A DNA stretch of 64,000 bases from Candidatus Altimarinota bacterium (GCA_963677745.1 OY782391.1:224001-288000), one strand, 5' to 3'; positions 10,586-19,945 are shown, numbered from the stretch's first letter. The notes: a model not told the origin generated them from the sequence alone. Program-made: numbers and translations.

Positions 10586-12220
10586 CTATTTGACGAAAAG
10601 ACGGACAATATCGTTGAACGTCACCAGGAAGATCAAAAGCATCAAAACCAGGAAACCGAAGACGTGAATCAGCGCCTCCCAGCGCGGATTCAGTTTTCTG
10701 CCGATCAGGGCGGGTATCAAAATCAGGAAAAACCTTCCGCCGTCCAGGCCCGGAAAAGGCAGGATGTTGATAATTCCCAAACTCAGCGACAATAAAGCGG
10801 TGAAGCGCAACAGGGACATAAACCCTTCCTGCACGAATACAAAGGTCATCTGGGCGATGCCGACCGGGCCGGCGACGCCTTCAGGAACGGACAGCCTGGT
10901 AAAGATGCTGCCCAGCACATTCACAAACATTTCGGCGGTCAGAACGGAGAGCCGGCCCATTTCCAGAATGGCCTGGCCAAGTGCCTGCCAGACGGGATAG
11001 GAGACATCGGAAATTTTCATGATGGAATAAGGCAGGGTTTTGGTATAGAAAACCAGACCGGACTGGTCCGGAACGATGGTTTCGGAAAGCAGCACCCCGA
11101 TCCGTCCCCCCTCTCCCTTTCGTACATAAAACTCAATTTCGGATCCGGCACGGCGCACCACATAAACCATCTTGTCCTTAATCTGCTCGGTCTTCAGAGC
11201 CTTTTGAAAATCCCCTGCACCGGTCAGTTTGACGCCGTTGATCGACAGCACTTCATCCCCTTCCAGGATCCCGGCGGTTTCGGCATTCGATCCGGTTATA
11301 ACTCCGCTGATAATAATCGGCTGAATCTCCTGTTTGGCAAGGGAATCGGACTCCGCGGTCACCATCGGGAAAATACTGCCGTTGGCAACTCCGTTCTGCT
11401 TGATCACATCAATCAAAGGCTGTTTGGTGGAAATCAGCTCACGCTGCAAATCTTCCGGCGTAAAAATCATCCGTCCGTTAATCCGATCAATAATATCTCC
11501 GGTCTGCAATCCGAAACGGTTCTGTGGATCCACCCTCTTCACCACCAGCTTGGGAATACCCATGGGATCATAGGCCGTAAAAAACGGTTTTTTAGAATCA
11601 TTGATACCGGTCAGATCCACTGCCGTATTGCCGCGCTTAACATGAAAAGTGACTTTCTCCCGATCCTTCAGATTCTCTACTTCATCACCCAAAGTAATCT
11701 TCACGCCGTTGACCGACAATATTCGGTCGCCGGGCATAAAACCGATATCATTGGCGCCATTTTCTTTGACAATAATCCCCTGCTCCAGTTGCACAACGCC
11801 GTTATTGATACCGTTATAGACATCATCCGGAGTAACAAACAAAGGCTGCATACCCCAGGTCAAACCGATAGTAAGCAGTACGAAAGCCAGCAAAAAATTC
11901 ATCAGAACACCCGCCACCACCACAGCCATTTTCTTCCAGGGCTTCTGGGCGGCAAAACTTTTTTTATCTTTCAAAACTTTGGCACTATGGCTGTCTTCGC
12001 CATAAAGTCGGACAAATCCGCCAAAAGGAATAGCGTTGATGGAGTAAAGAGTCTCACTCTTTTTCGGTTTAAATCCCCACAACCGGGGCGGCAGTCCCAG
12101 ACCGAATTCAGTCACTTTGATTCCGCAACGGCGAGCCACCGTAAAATGTCCCAGCTCGTGGATCAGAATCAGCAGAGAAAAAATGACCACAAAAGCAATC
12201 ACCGATAACAACCAAATCAT
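10586..12220 (-). CDS. rseP: Site-2 zinc metalloprotease RseP with PDZ domains
   Basis: HELGH, PFGGFVRLYGE, AGV.MN, NILPFPGLDGG. Confidence 0.93.
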   Translation of the reverse strand: MIWLLSVIAFVVIFSLLILIHELGHFTVARRCGIKVTEFGLGLPPRLWGFKPKKSETLYSINAIPFGGFVRLYGEDSHSAKVLKDKKSFAAQKPWKKMAVVVAGVLMNFLLAFVLLTIGLTWGMQPLFVTPDDVYNGINNGVVQLEQGIIVKENGANDIGFMPGDRILSVNGVKITLGDEVENLKDREKVTFHVKRGNTAVDLTGINDSKKPFFTAYDPMGIPKLVVKRVDPQNRFGLQTGDIIDRINGRMIFTPEDLQRELISTKQPLIDVIKQNGVANGSIFPMVTAESDSLAKQEIQPIIISGVITGSNAETAGILEGDEVLSINGVKLTGAGDFQKALKTEQIKDKMVYVVRRAGSEIEFYVRKGEGGRIGVLLSETIVPDQSGLVFYTKTLPYSIMKISDVSYPVWQALGQAILEMGRLSVLTAEMFVNVLGSIFTRLSVPEGVAGPVGIAQMTFVFVQEGFMSLLRFTALLSLSLGIINILPFPGLDGGRFFLILIPALIGRKLNPRWEALIHVFGFLVLMLLIFLVTFNDIVRLFVK

Positions 12221-12239
12221 CAGATTTTAATTTTATATT

Positions 12240-12800
12240 TTAAACTTTCATCACATCGGCCTCTTTTTCCTTGGCAGCCTTCTCGATAGTTTCATTGGCT
12301 TTATCAACATGTTCCTGAATCTTCTTTTCAGCCAGTTTCTGCTGATCCTCGGTAATCTGTTCGGCGGCTTTCATTTTCTTCACATCTTCCATCACACCGT
12401 GCCTGGAATTGCGCACTCCGATCTTGGCTTCCTCGGCCATCTTGGAAACCACTTTAACCAGTTCTTTGCGGCGTTCCTCGGTCAACTGGGGAATATTCAG
12501 TCTGATCACAATACCGTCATTCTGCGGATTCAGTCCGATCTCAGCCATCATAATAGCCTTTTCAATGGCCTGCAAAGTACCTCTGTCCCAGGGCTGAATC
12601 TGGATGGTTTTGGCATCCGGCACGCTGATGCTGGAAATAGCCTTCAATGGCTGCATTACGCCATAAGCCTCCACCACGATTCTCTCCACCAGAGCGGCAC
12701 TGGCCCGTCCGATCTGCAGACCGGCAAACTCATCATGTAAATGATCAATGGTCTTTTTGATATCCTCTTCCAGTGTTTTTTGTAATTGCTCCAGTGTCAT
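12240..12800 (-). CDS. frr: Ribosome recycling factor
   Basis: GRAS, IQPWD, NPQNDG..IR..IP.LTEERRKEL. Start chosen at MTLEQ. Confidence 0.95.
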   Translation of the reverse strand: MTLEQLQKTLEEDIKKTIDHLHDEFAGLQIGRASAALVERIVVEAYGVMQPLKAISSISVPDAKTIQIQPWDRGTLQAIEKAIMMAEIGLNPQNDGIVIRLNIPQLTEERRKELVKVVSKMAEEAKIGVRNSRHGVMEDVKKMKAAEQITEDQQKLAEKKIQEHVDKANETIEKAAKEKEADVMKV

Positions 12801-12864
12801 ATATTTAGAGGTTATGTTTAATAGATTAAAAACATTTAGTATTGCCGCGTTGCTGGACAACCGT

Positions 12865-13584
12865 TCAGGACACTCTGGTCCCGATCTTCTTGCCCTTAAG
12901 TATTTCTAGCAAATTCTGGGGATGATTCAAGTTAAAGATGACAATCGGCACCCCCGTCTCCTTGGCCGTGGCCACCGCCGCCAGGTCCATCACGCCCAGC
13001 CTTCTGGCCAAAACTTCGTCATAACTGACATCGCGGAGCGGCTTGGCATCCTTGAATTTCTTGGGATCCTTGTCGTAGGCATAATCCACATTGGTGGCTT
13101 TCACAATCAAATTACAGTTCAGCTCGCCGGCGCGCAGGGCGGCCGCCATGTCGGTTGTACAGTAGGGATTGCCGGTTCCCCCGGCGCAAATTACCACCTG
13201 GCCTTCGGAGAGCAGTTTCCGTCCCACGCTGCTGTTGAAAGTTTCCACCACGCCGCTAACGGGCAGAGCGGACATGGCCTGGGCTTTCACGGCGGCCGCC
13301 CGCAATTCGTCCTGCAGGGCAATCGAGTTAATAATAGTGGCCAGCATACCCAGATAATCGGAATTGACCCGGTCCAGATTGGAATCCTTGAAATCACGGT
13401 AGCGCCAGAAATTTCCCCCGCCGATCACCACCGCCACCTGGACTTTTTTGGCGACCAGTTTTTTGATCTCCGCCACCAGCTTGGCCATGAATTTGAAATC
13501 AATCTCTTCGCCTGTGGTCCCTCCCAACACTTCCCCGGACAACTTCAAAAGTATCCTTTTGTATTTCAACGCACCTAAAGCCAT
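12865..13584 (-). CDS. pyrH: UMP kinase
   Basis: RILLKLSGE, GGGNFWR, GMLAT..N, GGTGNPY.TTD.AAALRA. Confidence 0.96.
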   Translation of the reverse strand: MALGALKYKRILLKLSGEVLGGTTGEEIDFKFMAKLVAEIKKLVAKKVQVAVVIGGGNFWRYRDFKDSNLDRVNSDYLGMLATIINSIALQDELRAAAVKAQAMSALPVSGVVETFNSSVGRKLLSEGQVVICAGGTGNPYCTTDMAAALRAGELNCNLIVKATNVDYAYDKDPKKFKDAKPLRDVSYDEVLARRLGVMDLAAVATAKETGVPIVIFNLNHPQNLLEILKGKKIGTRVS

Positions 13585-14133
13585 TTATTTGTTAATTAAT
13601 AAATATGTTACGATCACCCCGATCGCCAGTCCCACCAGAAAAATCACCGGTGATTTTTTCTCCTGTTTCTCCTCCACCGCGCTGGCCAGTTCGGTCAGCA
13701 GATTGGAGGATAAAATTATGTCCTCATTTTTATTCTGTTCCAGCACCGACAAAAAATCCTTGGTTGCCACCAGCTGCACAAATTTTTCAAATTTCACCCG
13801 GATCAGATCCTTCGGCGAAGCCGCCACATTGGGCATGGAGCTGCCCTCCTGGGGCGATACTTTGATCACCGCTTTTTCCAGCTTTTCGGCAAAACTCTCC
13901 ATGCGTTCATTGAGAGTATCCTGATCAAACCTGGGGCTGCGAACGGGACGTTCCATAACGGCATCAGTAGTTACGGCGGTGGAAGACGGAACGGCATCAA
14001 TATGGTGAATCCGAAACGGCAAATCCTCCTTCTCCGTTTCCGATGCGGCAGCCCTTTCTTTGCCTCTGGACTTCAGATCGAGCACCGAATCATCGGCAAT
14101 TTCAACCGTTTTGACAGGTCTTTTGATTGGCAT
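13585..14133 (-). CDS. Hypothetical protein with C-terminal TM anchor
   Basis: ORF abuts pyrH and ends in a hydrophobic segment. Start chosen at MPIKRP. Confidence 0.65.
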   Translation of the reverse strand: MPIKRPVKTVEIADDSVLDLKSRGKERAAASETEKEDLPFRIHHIDAVPSSTAVTTDAVMERPVRSPRFDQDTLNERMESFAEKLEKAVIKVSPQEGSSMPNVAASPKDLIRVKFEKFVQLVATKDFLSVLEQNKNEDIILSSNLLTELASAVEEKQEKKSPVIFLVGLAIGVIVTYLLINK

Positions 14134-14245
14134 ATTGGAAAGATTATTTGTTTTTATCTTGGCCCAAATATACACTTGACGCTGAAATTTTTCCATGCCA
14201 AATTTCAACTGATTTTTCCACTTCAAATTGATTAATCTACGATAG

Positions 14246-14710
14246 ATGGAATACAAACTACCACCGATCGGCCGCATCTACATTCAGGATTATGATTATT
14301 CCTGCGGGCCCTGCTGCATTCTCAACCTGCTAACCCTGAAAGGCCGTTACGGCAAATACACTGAAGAAGAAATGATTCTTTTTTGCAATTCCAACGAAAC
14401 CGAAGGTACAACCCGGGAAGGGCTGATACGGGGACTGGAAAGTTCGGGACTGGAAATAGCCGAAGAAAAAGAAAATGCCTTGCTTGCCGACATTGACCGC
14501 CATCTGGGGAAAAAACATTTTGTGATTGTCAATTACTTCCATCTGTACGCCAATGTAGGACATTATGGCGTAATTTTTGACAGCGACCCGGAAGGTTATT
14601 ATCTGCTGGACAGTTCGCTGGGACTATTACGCCTGGACAAACCGGATTTTGAAAAACACTGGCACAGCCATGACAACACCCTGCGGCACCACCTGATTGC
14701 CTTGATTTAA
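14246..14710 (+). CDS. Peptidase C39-like cysteine protease
   Basis: Q....SCGP, GHY.V, LLDS (Q/C/H/D pattern). Convergent with the integrase. Confidence 0.8.
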   Translation: MEYKLPPIGRIYIQDYDYSCGPCCILNLLTLKGRYGKYTEEEMILFCNSNETEGTTREGLIRGLESSGLEIAEEKENALLADIDRHLGKKHFVIVNYFHLYANVGHYGVIFDSDPEGYYLLDSSLGLLRLDKPDFEKHWHSHDNTLRHHLIALI

Positions 14711-14713
14711 AGT

Positions 14714-15526
14714 TTATAACGGACTGCGGATATGAGTTAAATCACTGCTACAGACGCTGGTATAAATCTGGGTCGTTCTGATGCTACTATGGCCCAGTAA
14801 TTCCTGAACATAACGCAGATTCACTCCCGACCGCAACAGATGAGTAGCAAAACTATGCCTTAAAGCATGAAAAGAAGCCGGTTTATTGATCCCCGATAGT
14901 TTTAAGGCCCTCGCAAAAGCCAATTGTGGAGTTCTCACCGAGAGTTTCCCGCCTCTTTCACTTACAAACAAGTATTCTCCGGGTGGCTTCCCGGAGCACT
15001 CTGTTTTAATGTTCATCAGCAACCTTTCTGGCAACAATGTTACTCTCTGTTTTCGCCCTTTTCCGTGTACTACGCGAATTGTTTTCGTATAGAAATCAAT
15101 GTCCCGCACTTTTATATTCACCAGTTCATTCACCCTCAGCCCTGCGCCATAGGCCAGCGCCATCATCAGCTGATGTTTGCGATTTTTCACATTTTTCAAC
15201 AAAACAATTATTTCCCCATGCTGAAAGACAACCGGCACTTTCAAAGTCTTTTTGGCAAACTTGATACTGCTCGGGAAATCGCGATCCAGCGCCCACCGGT
15301 AAAAAAACTTGATCGCATTCAGATAAAGATTGACGGTCTGCGGTGAATAGCCCTGATCACGCTTGGCAATCAGATAAGCTTCCACATTTTGCCGATGGGG
15401 AAATTGATAACAGTGATGATTTTTATCCAGATAATCACGGATACAGGCCATATATGCCTGATGTGTCCTTTCACTGTAGTTCTTCAGCCGGATCTGATCG
15501 GACATTTTTGTAAGATATTTGTACAT
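14714..15526 (-). CDS. Tyrosine recombinase with integron-integrase-like N-terminus, lacking the IntI-specific insertion
   Basis: IRLKNYSERT..AY N-terminal SAM-like domain; catalytic GLR, GKG, HALRH, LGH and TQIY are all present. Confidence 0.93.
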   Translation of the reverse strand: MYKYLTKMSDQIRLKNYSERTHQAYMACIRDYLDKNHHCYQFPHRQNVEAYLIAKRDQGYSPQTVNLYLNAIKFFYRWALDRDFPSSIKFAKKTLKVPVVFQHGEIIVLLKNVKNRKHQLMMALAYGAGLRVNELVNIKVRDIDFYTKTIRVVHGKGRKQRVTLLPERLLMNIKTECSGKPPGEYLFVSERGGKLSVRTPQLAFARALKLSGINKPASFHALRHSFATHLLRSGVNLRYVQELLGHSSIRTTQIYTSVCSSDLTHIRSPL

Positions 15527-15653
15527 CTATTTCCCCATAATTATTCAAACCCAAAATACTCCCGCAACCTGACCCCAGAATAAAATTTCCATAAAAACCT
15601 TCCTTCCCCCCACAATTTCGCCTAGAATGTCCAAAACTGCCCTCTATCCCCAA

Positions 15654-15679
15654 ACCCTAACGCTAGACCGGAGTTGTGC
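15654..15679 (+). other. Putative attI-like primary recombination site (CCCTAAC-N11-GTTGTGC)
   Basis: GTTGTGC at 15673-15679 is the reverse complement of GCACAAC (15913-15919) that ends cassette 1. No hairpin precedes it. Confidence 0.65.
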
Positions 15680-15735
15680 AAAATTGAGAAATTATGTTAT
15701 TAAAACACCCTGTACATATTTATAATGCATAGTAT

Positions 15736-15900
15736 ATGAAGAAAAAATTGGAAAACAAGCCAGAGGGACCATACAGAACAAATGCTTTAGAAAAAGGAAA
15801 AGAACGTCCTTTATTAGAAAGAATCGCCTATTACATCGCTGATATTAGAAAATCAATAAAAGATAGCCAACCTGACTGGTACAAAAAATACGGCCTCTAA
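15736..15900 (+). CDS. Cassette 1: 54-aa hypothetical protein (not in the ORF track)
   Basis: MKKKLENKPEGPYRTNALEKGKERPLLERIAYYIADIRKSIKDSQPDWYKKYGL*; fills the space between the attI-like site and site 1. Confidence 0.6.
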   Translation: MKKKLENKPEGPYRTNALEKGKERPLLERIAYYIADIRKSIKDSQPDWYKKYGL

Positions 15901-15912
15901 TTTCTCAACTCC

Positions 15913-15993
15913 GCACAACAGCGCCTGTGCGGTTTGGTTGCGACCTCTCCCAAATTGCCTGCGGGCAACTTCGCTCAGGCGCGACCGTTATAC
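15913..15993 (+). repeat. attC-like site 1 (family A)
   Basis: GCACAAC-A-GCGCCTG...CAGGCGC-GACC-GTTATAC. Confidence 0.85.
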
Positions 15994-16051
15994 GCAATAA
16001 TTTTGAGAGGTCAAAAAAAGCGTTATGTAAGTTAATGTATTTTCAGATAAT

Positions 16052-16759
16052 ATGAGAAAGAACATTTTGATCACAGGCATGCCAAGAAGTGGCAAATCCA
16101 CCCTTCTTAAGAAAATAATCCCAAAATTTAATCCAAAAGTTGGTTTTGTGACTAATGAAGTTCGTAAAGACAACGAAAGAGTCGGTTTTGAATTAGAAAC
16201 ACATACCGGACAAAAAACTATGCTTGCACACGTGGACTTCATCACCAACTTAAAAGTTTCAAGATATTTTGTAGAGATTAAAAATCTTGATGAAATAATA
16301 CCAAGCGTAGATAAATTTAATGAGCACGATTTTCTTTTTCTTGATGAAATAGGACAAATGGAATTGTTCTCTGAAAAATTTAAATTTCTTGTCGAAAAAT
16401 ATCTAGATTCCCCTAATGTTTGTATTGCAGCCTTGTCAAAAGTTTATAGTGATGAATTTATTGAAGCTATCAAAAGAAGAAACGATATTTTCCTATTTGA
16501 GATCACTGAAGAAAATCGCAATGGAAAAAAAGAATATCTTGAAACTTTATTGAGAAAAATAGCAAAAGCAAAAAGATATGTTTCTGAACCAAACAGATTC
16601 TCAATAAATCAAAATGAAGTTACTATTGCGACAGATCATGGCACAAGAATACTAACAAAACAAAAAGAAGAATGGATTTGCAATTGTAAATTCTTCAAAG
16701 AAAATAAAATATGTAGCCACGTCATTGCACTTGAAGAATATCTGAAAATACATAGATAA
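16052..16759 (+). CDS. Cassette 2: THEP1-like NTPase with C-terminal SWIM-type Zn finger
   Basis: ITGMPRSGKST, GF.T.EVR...RVGF, LDEIGQMEL; CxC...CxH. Confidence 0.85.
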   Translation: MRKNILITGMPRSGKSTLLKKIIPKFNPKVGFVTNEVRKDNERVGFELETHTGQKTMLAHVDFITNLKVSRYFVEIKNLDEIIPSVDKFNEHDFLFLDEIGQMELFSEKFKFLVEKYLDSPNVCIAALSKVYSDEFIEAIKRRNDIFLFEITEENRNGKKEYLETLLRKIAKAKRYVSEPNRFSINQNEVTIATDHGTRILTKQKEEWICNCKFFKENKICSHVIALEEYLKIHR

Positions 16760-16833
16760 AGTACGACCTCTTAAAATTACTTTCTCCTTTCAGTCGAACC
16801 ACACTGCGCTCTCCTCCTTTCAGTCGTCGGGGC

Positions 16834-16969
16834 GTATAACAGCGCAAGTGCGGTTCCGCTCCCTTTGGTCGCTCCACCCAACTTTGGCTCCTCTCTTCCA
16901 GCAAGTGTGTAAATATTGTACACTTGCTGCGTTCGTAGCCAATGTTCGCACGTTGCGCGGGCGTTGTGC
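16834..16969 (+). repeat. attC-like site 2 (family B)
   Basis: GTATAAC-A-GCGCAAGTGCG...CGCAC(G)TTGCGC-GGGC-GTTGTGC, with inner hairpin GCAAGTGT..ACACTTGC. Confidence 0.88.
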
Positions 16970-16986
16970 GCAATAATTTTTTCCAA

Positions 16987-17514
16987 ATGATCAAATCATA
17001 TACTCAAACCACATACGAAACATGCCTAGCCTGCTGTTTATTACAAGCTACTCAAGTCAATTTTGACAATAAAATGGAACTAGCGGTTATAAATCATTCT
17101 TTAAAATATTCCAAAGATGATTTCGTTGCGGGACACCTAGATTTTATACATCAAAAATTTGATAAAAGGATCACCAGGATTGTGGATAATAAGTATTTCC
17201 ATAACTATCTAAAAAGCATAAAACACCCAAATGTAGATATTAGAGTTGAAAAGATCGATCTTAAGACTATTGATAAATACATTGCTACGACCCCCATAAT
17301 CTTATATATCGATTCCTATATTCTATTTAAAGTTAATCATTATCCACATTTCATAACTGTATTAAGCAAAAAAGATGACGAATATCAAATTTTTGACACA
17401 TGGGATGGAAAAATCAAAAACCTAAAAAGTGTTTTGTTGTCAAAATCAATTCAATCACTAAGAAATCATCTTAAATTCTGTCCTCAAATTATCATTATTG
17501 AAAGGAAAAAATAA
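16987..17514 (+). CDS. Cassette 3: C39-like peptidase
   Basis: Q....TC.ACCL, PHFITV, IFDTWDG. Confidence 0.65.
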   Translation: MIKSYTQTTYETCLACCLLQATQVNFDNKMELAVINHSLKYSKDDFVAGHLDFIHQKFDKRITRIVDNKYFHNYLKSIKHPNVDIRVEKIDLKTIDKYIATTPIILYIDSYILFKVNHYPHFITVLSKKDDEYQIFDTWDGKIKNLKSVLLSKSIQSLRNHLKFCPQIIIIERKK

Positions 17515-17517
17515 AGC

Positions 17518-17666
17518 GCACAACAGCGCAAGTGCGGTTCCGCTACCCTCAGCTAAAGCTTCGGGTCGCTCCACCCAACTTTGGCTCCTCTCTTCCAGCA
17601 AGTGTTGAAATATTGTACACTTGCTTCGTTCGCAACCAATGTTCGCACGTTGCGCGGACGTTGTCT
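17518..17666 (+). repeat. attC-like site 3 (family B)
   Basis: Near-identical to site 2; GCACAAC...GTTGTCT. Confidence 0.88.
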
Positions 17667-17721
17667 GCCATTGACAAAAGGGATAGCTAGTTCTATTAAT
17701 ACACCCTATTAATAAAGCACT

Positions 17722-17964
17722 ATGGATATTTTTGAGAAAGGAGAAACCGCGTTCTATCATGAAATGGGTGCAATTTTAAAAGTCAAAGTCACTGAAAGTT
17801 CATTTGATGGCGAATTTGCAGATTATCATTTGCTCATTCTTGAAGTATTACGTAAAAGCCCACACAGAGATGTCACCTTCAGGGTCGATGAAAAAATTGA
17901 GTGTACTGACTGTAAATCCATGGATAACGCCCCTATGCAGGCGTTCAGACTATCAAAAACCTAA
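17722..17964 (+). CDS. Cassette 4: 80-aa hypothetical protein
   Basis: Single ORF between sites 3 and 4; TTGACA at 17671 upstream. Confidence 0.65.
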   Translation: MDIFEKGETAFYHEMGAILKVKVTESSFDGEFADYHLLILEVLRKSPHRDVTFRVDEKIECTDCKSMDNAPMQAFRLSKT

Positions 17965-17974
17965 TATCAACAGC

Positions 17975-18110
17975 AGACAACAGCGCAAGTGCGGTTCCGC
18001 TCACTCCGGTCGCTCCACCCAACTTTGGCTCCTCTCTTCCGGCAGGTGTGTAAATATTGTACACTTGCCTCGTTCGCAGCCAATGTTCGCACGTTGCACG
18101 GGCGTTATAT
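17975..18110 (+). repeat. attC-like site 4 (family B)
   Basis: AGACAAC...GTTATAT; near-identical to sites 2 and 3. Confidence 0.88.
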
Positions 18111-18134
18111 GAAATCGCGATTTTTTCTTTCCCA

Positions 18135-18962
18135 ATGAAAAAGCCCATTCACAGATCAAAACTGAGACTATTTGCCGGCAGATTGTACTTTTTATTAAGA
18201 AGGCATCTTTATTGGTATTTTTCAAAGGTGGATTTTGTGAAAAATTTTGAAAGCCATTTACCAATTGAAATTTTTGCTCACAAAACTATTTTGCGAAGAA
18301 AGCTTAAAGACATAGATATATGGATGCAGGAAAACAAGATCGCAAATTTGAAAATTGCCATAAAAAAGCTTGATGGATTAATTATAAACCCTGGACAAAC
18401 TTTTTCTTATTGGCGACATATCGGCAAGCCAACAAAAAAAAAGGGGTATCTTGAAGGCATGGTGCTGCATAATGGAACGGTTATTGCAGGAATTGGCGGC
18501 GGGTTATGCCAATTATCAAATCTGCTTTACTGGATTACGCTCCACACGCCGTTAACTGTTATTGAACGATGGCGACACGGTTACGATGTTTTTCCAGATG
18601 TAAAAAGAGATCAACCTTTTGGTAGTGGAGCGACTTGTGCTTATCCAAACATTGATCTGCAAATCAAAAATAACACTCCCCAAAAATTTCAATTGGCACT
18701 CGAAATCACCGATGAATATTTAATTGGCAAATGGCTTTCTGATAAACCGATAAAATTAAAGTACAAAATCTTTGAAAAGGATCATGAGATAAAAAACGAA
18801 TGGTTTGGCGGATTCTCAAGAAATAACAAAATTTTTCGCAAAGTAATTGATAAAAATAGCAATAAAGAGCTAGGCGAAGAGTTTTTAACCGAAAATCACG
18901 CTTTAATGATGTACAATCCGCTAATTGAATATAAAGAAGAAAAAAATCGCTACATCAAATAA
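18135..18962 (+). CDS. vanW: Cassette 5: VanW-family protein
   Basis: PGQTFSYW, GYLEG, GIGGGLCQLSN, ER.RH, IDL.IKN. Stop codon overlaps the AAC end of site 5. Confidence 0.85.
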   Translation: MKKPIHRSKLRLFAGRLYFLLRRHLYWYFSKVDFVKNFESHLPIEIFAHKTILRRKLKDIDIWMQENKIANLKIAIKKLDGLIINPGQTFSYWRHIGKPTKKKGYLEGMVLHNGTVIAGIGGGLCQLSNLLYWITLHTPLTVIERWRHGYDVFPDVKRDQPFGSGATCAYPNIDLQIKNNTPQKFQLALEITDEYLIGKWLSDKPIKLKYKIFEKDHEIKNEWFGGFSRNNKIFRKVIDKNSNKELGEEFLTENHALMMYNPLIEYKEEKNRYIK

Positions 18963-19003
18963 CAGCACATACTTCGCACTTTGCATATGCGCGACCGTTG
19001 TGC
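18957..19003 (+). repeat. attC-like site 5 (short, internally deleted family C)
   Basis: AAATAAC-A-GCACATA...TATGCGC-GACC-GTTGTGC; 3' half matches site 6. Confidence 0.75.
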
Positions 19004-19030
19004 GAGAAAATGAACTCAGCAACATCAGGT

Positions 19031-19059
19031 TTGGCAAAAAACACTTTTAAGGTTATAAT
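19031..19059 (+). promoter_or_regulatory. Cassette-internal sigma70-type promoter
   Basis: TTGGCA-N17-TATAAT, 24 nt upstream of the cassette 6 ATG. Confidence 0.6.
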
Positions 19060-19083
19060 ACTCTGAAGCCTTTAAAATAATTT

Positions 19084-19404
19084 ATGAAAGATTCAGAAAA
19101 AGAAAGCATAACACCTAACTCCAATCAAGAAATATTCGAGGCTGCAATTTCGGCAGCTCTGGAAATAGCAAAACGCGATCAACTCAAGTTAGGTACAACA
19201 GTATGTATTGCAGGAGAAGAGCCCTCATATTCATATTCTCTCAAAGAGATCAATGGAGATATGGCACTTATAGAAGATGAGGATGATGAATTAGAGAAGT
19301 CAGTACCTTTGAATTCATTATATGAACCAAATGTAGCCTGGAATATTGCCAATAAAATCCATTCCCAGGCAATTTCAATGACCAAACCTGAGAAATTAGA
19401 ATAA
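19084..19404 (+). CDS. Cassette 6: acidic hypothetical protein
   Basis: Single ORF between sites 5 and 6. Confidence 0.7.
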   Translation: MKDSEKESITPNSNQEIFEAAISAALEIAKRDQLKLGTTVCIAGEEPSYSYSLKEINGDMALIEDEDDELEKSVPLNSLYEPNVAWNIANKIHSQAISMTKPEKLE

Positions 19405-19433
19405 AGTTGATACTAAAATCTTTTCATTTCATC

Positions 19434-19548
19434 GCACAACAGCACCCAAGGCGGTTCGCTGCGGCCTCACCCAAATGCTCGCGCGGTTTAGCACTTCGTG
19501 CTACCATTTTACCGTGCTTCGCACTTTGCACATGCGCGACCGTTAAGT
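19434..19548 (+). repeat. attC-like site 6 (family C)
   Basis: GCACAAC-AGCAC...ATGCGC-GACC-GTTAAGT. Confidence 0.82.
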
Positions 19549-19569
19549 GCAATTCTTTATCAGCTCGAT

Positions 19570-19851
19570 ATGATTCTCAAAAAGTTCAAATATATATATC
19601 ACCTCCTCATTGGTATTGTTTTAGCAATCACATATATTGCTATCAGTCTAACTTTTAAATGGCATGTGTTGCTAGAACCATTTCTATACTTACCCAATGT
19701 TTTAAATATAAGATATTTCTGCAGTGGAAAAGAGTGTGTGGGCGTCTTCTCCTATGTAATCTTTGCATCAATGATAATAATTTTCAGTATATTAAGCATA
19801 GGAATATCATTCCTGATAAAAAATATTTATAGAAAAAAGAACTGCACTTAA
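19570..19851 (+). CDS. Cassette 7: small two-TM membrane protein
   Basis: Two hydrophobic segments; the TAA stop lies inside TGCACTTAAC of site 7. Confidence 0.65.
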   Translation: MILKKFKYIYHLLIGIVLAITYIAISLTFKWHVLLEPFLYLPNVLNIRYFCSGKECVGVFSYVIFASMIIIFSILSIGISFLIKNIYRKKNCT

Positions 19852-19926
19852 CAGCGCCTGTGAGGTTCGACCACGACCTCTCCCAAATTGCCTACGGGCA
19901 ACTTCGCCCAAGCGCGACCGTTAAGT
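19846..19926 (+). repeat. attC-like site 7 (family A)
   Basis: Homologous to site 1 (CCCAAATTGCCT.CGGGCAACTTCGC); ACTTAAC...GTTAAGT. Confidence 0.85.
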
Positions 19927-19945
19927 GAAATAATTATTTTTTCTT

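Noticed and set aside
7737-12208. Long antisense ORFs (353 aa at 7737-8798, 334 aa at 11204-12208)
   Set aside because: Shadow frames opposite the FecR-domain gene and rseP, with no recognisable motifs.
14714-15526. Housekeeping XerC/XerD or prophage integrase
   Set aside because: The N-terminus is integron-integrase-like, no phage genes are nearby, and it faces a cassette array. Not fully excluded without a phylogeny.
15700-15730. LexA box controlling the integrase
   Set aside because: CTGTACATATTTATAA has only the CTGT half-site.
16783-16826. Direct repeat CTCCTTTCAGTCG x2 before site 2
   Set aside because: It is real but occurs at one site only. Probably a local duplication; no function can be supported.
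16722-18264. Repeated minus-strand ORFs (QRANIG.ER.KCTIF.HL.EERSQSWVERP)
   Set aside because: These are translations of the family B repeat sites, not proteins.
18135-18962. Vancomycin resistance cluster
   Set aside because: VanW is an accessory family of unclear function; no vanHAX or vanRS is present.
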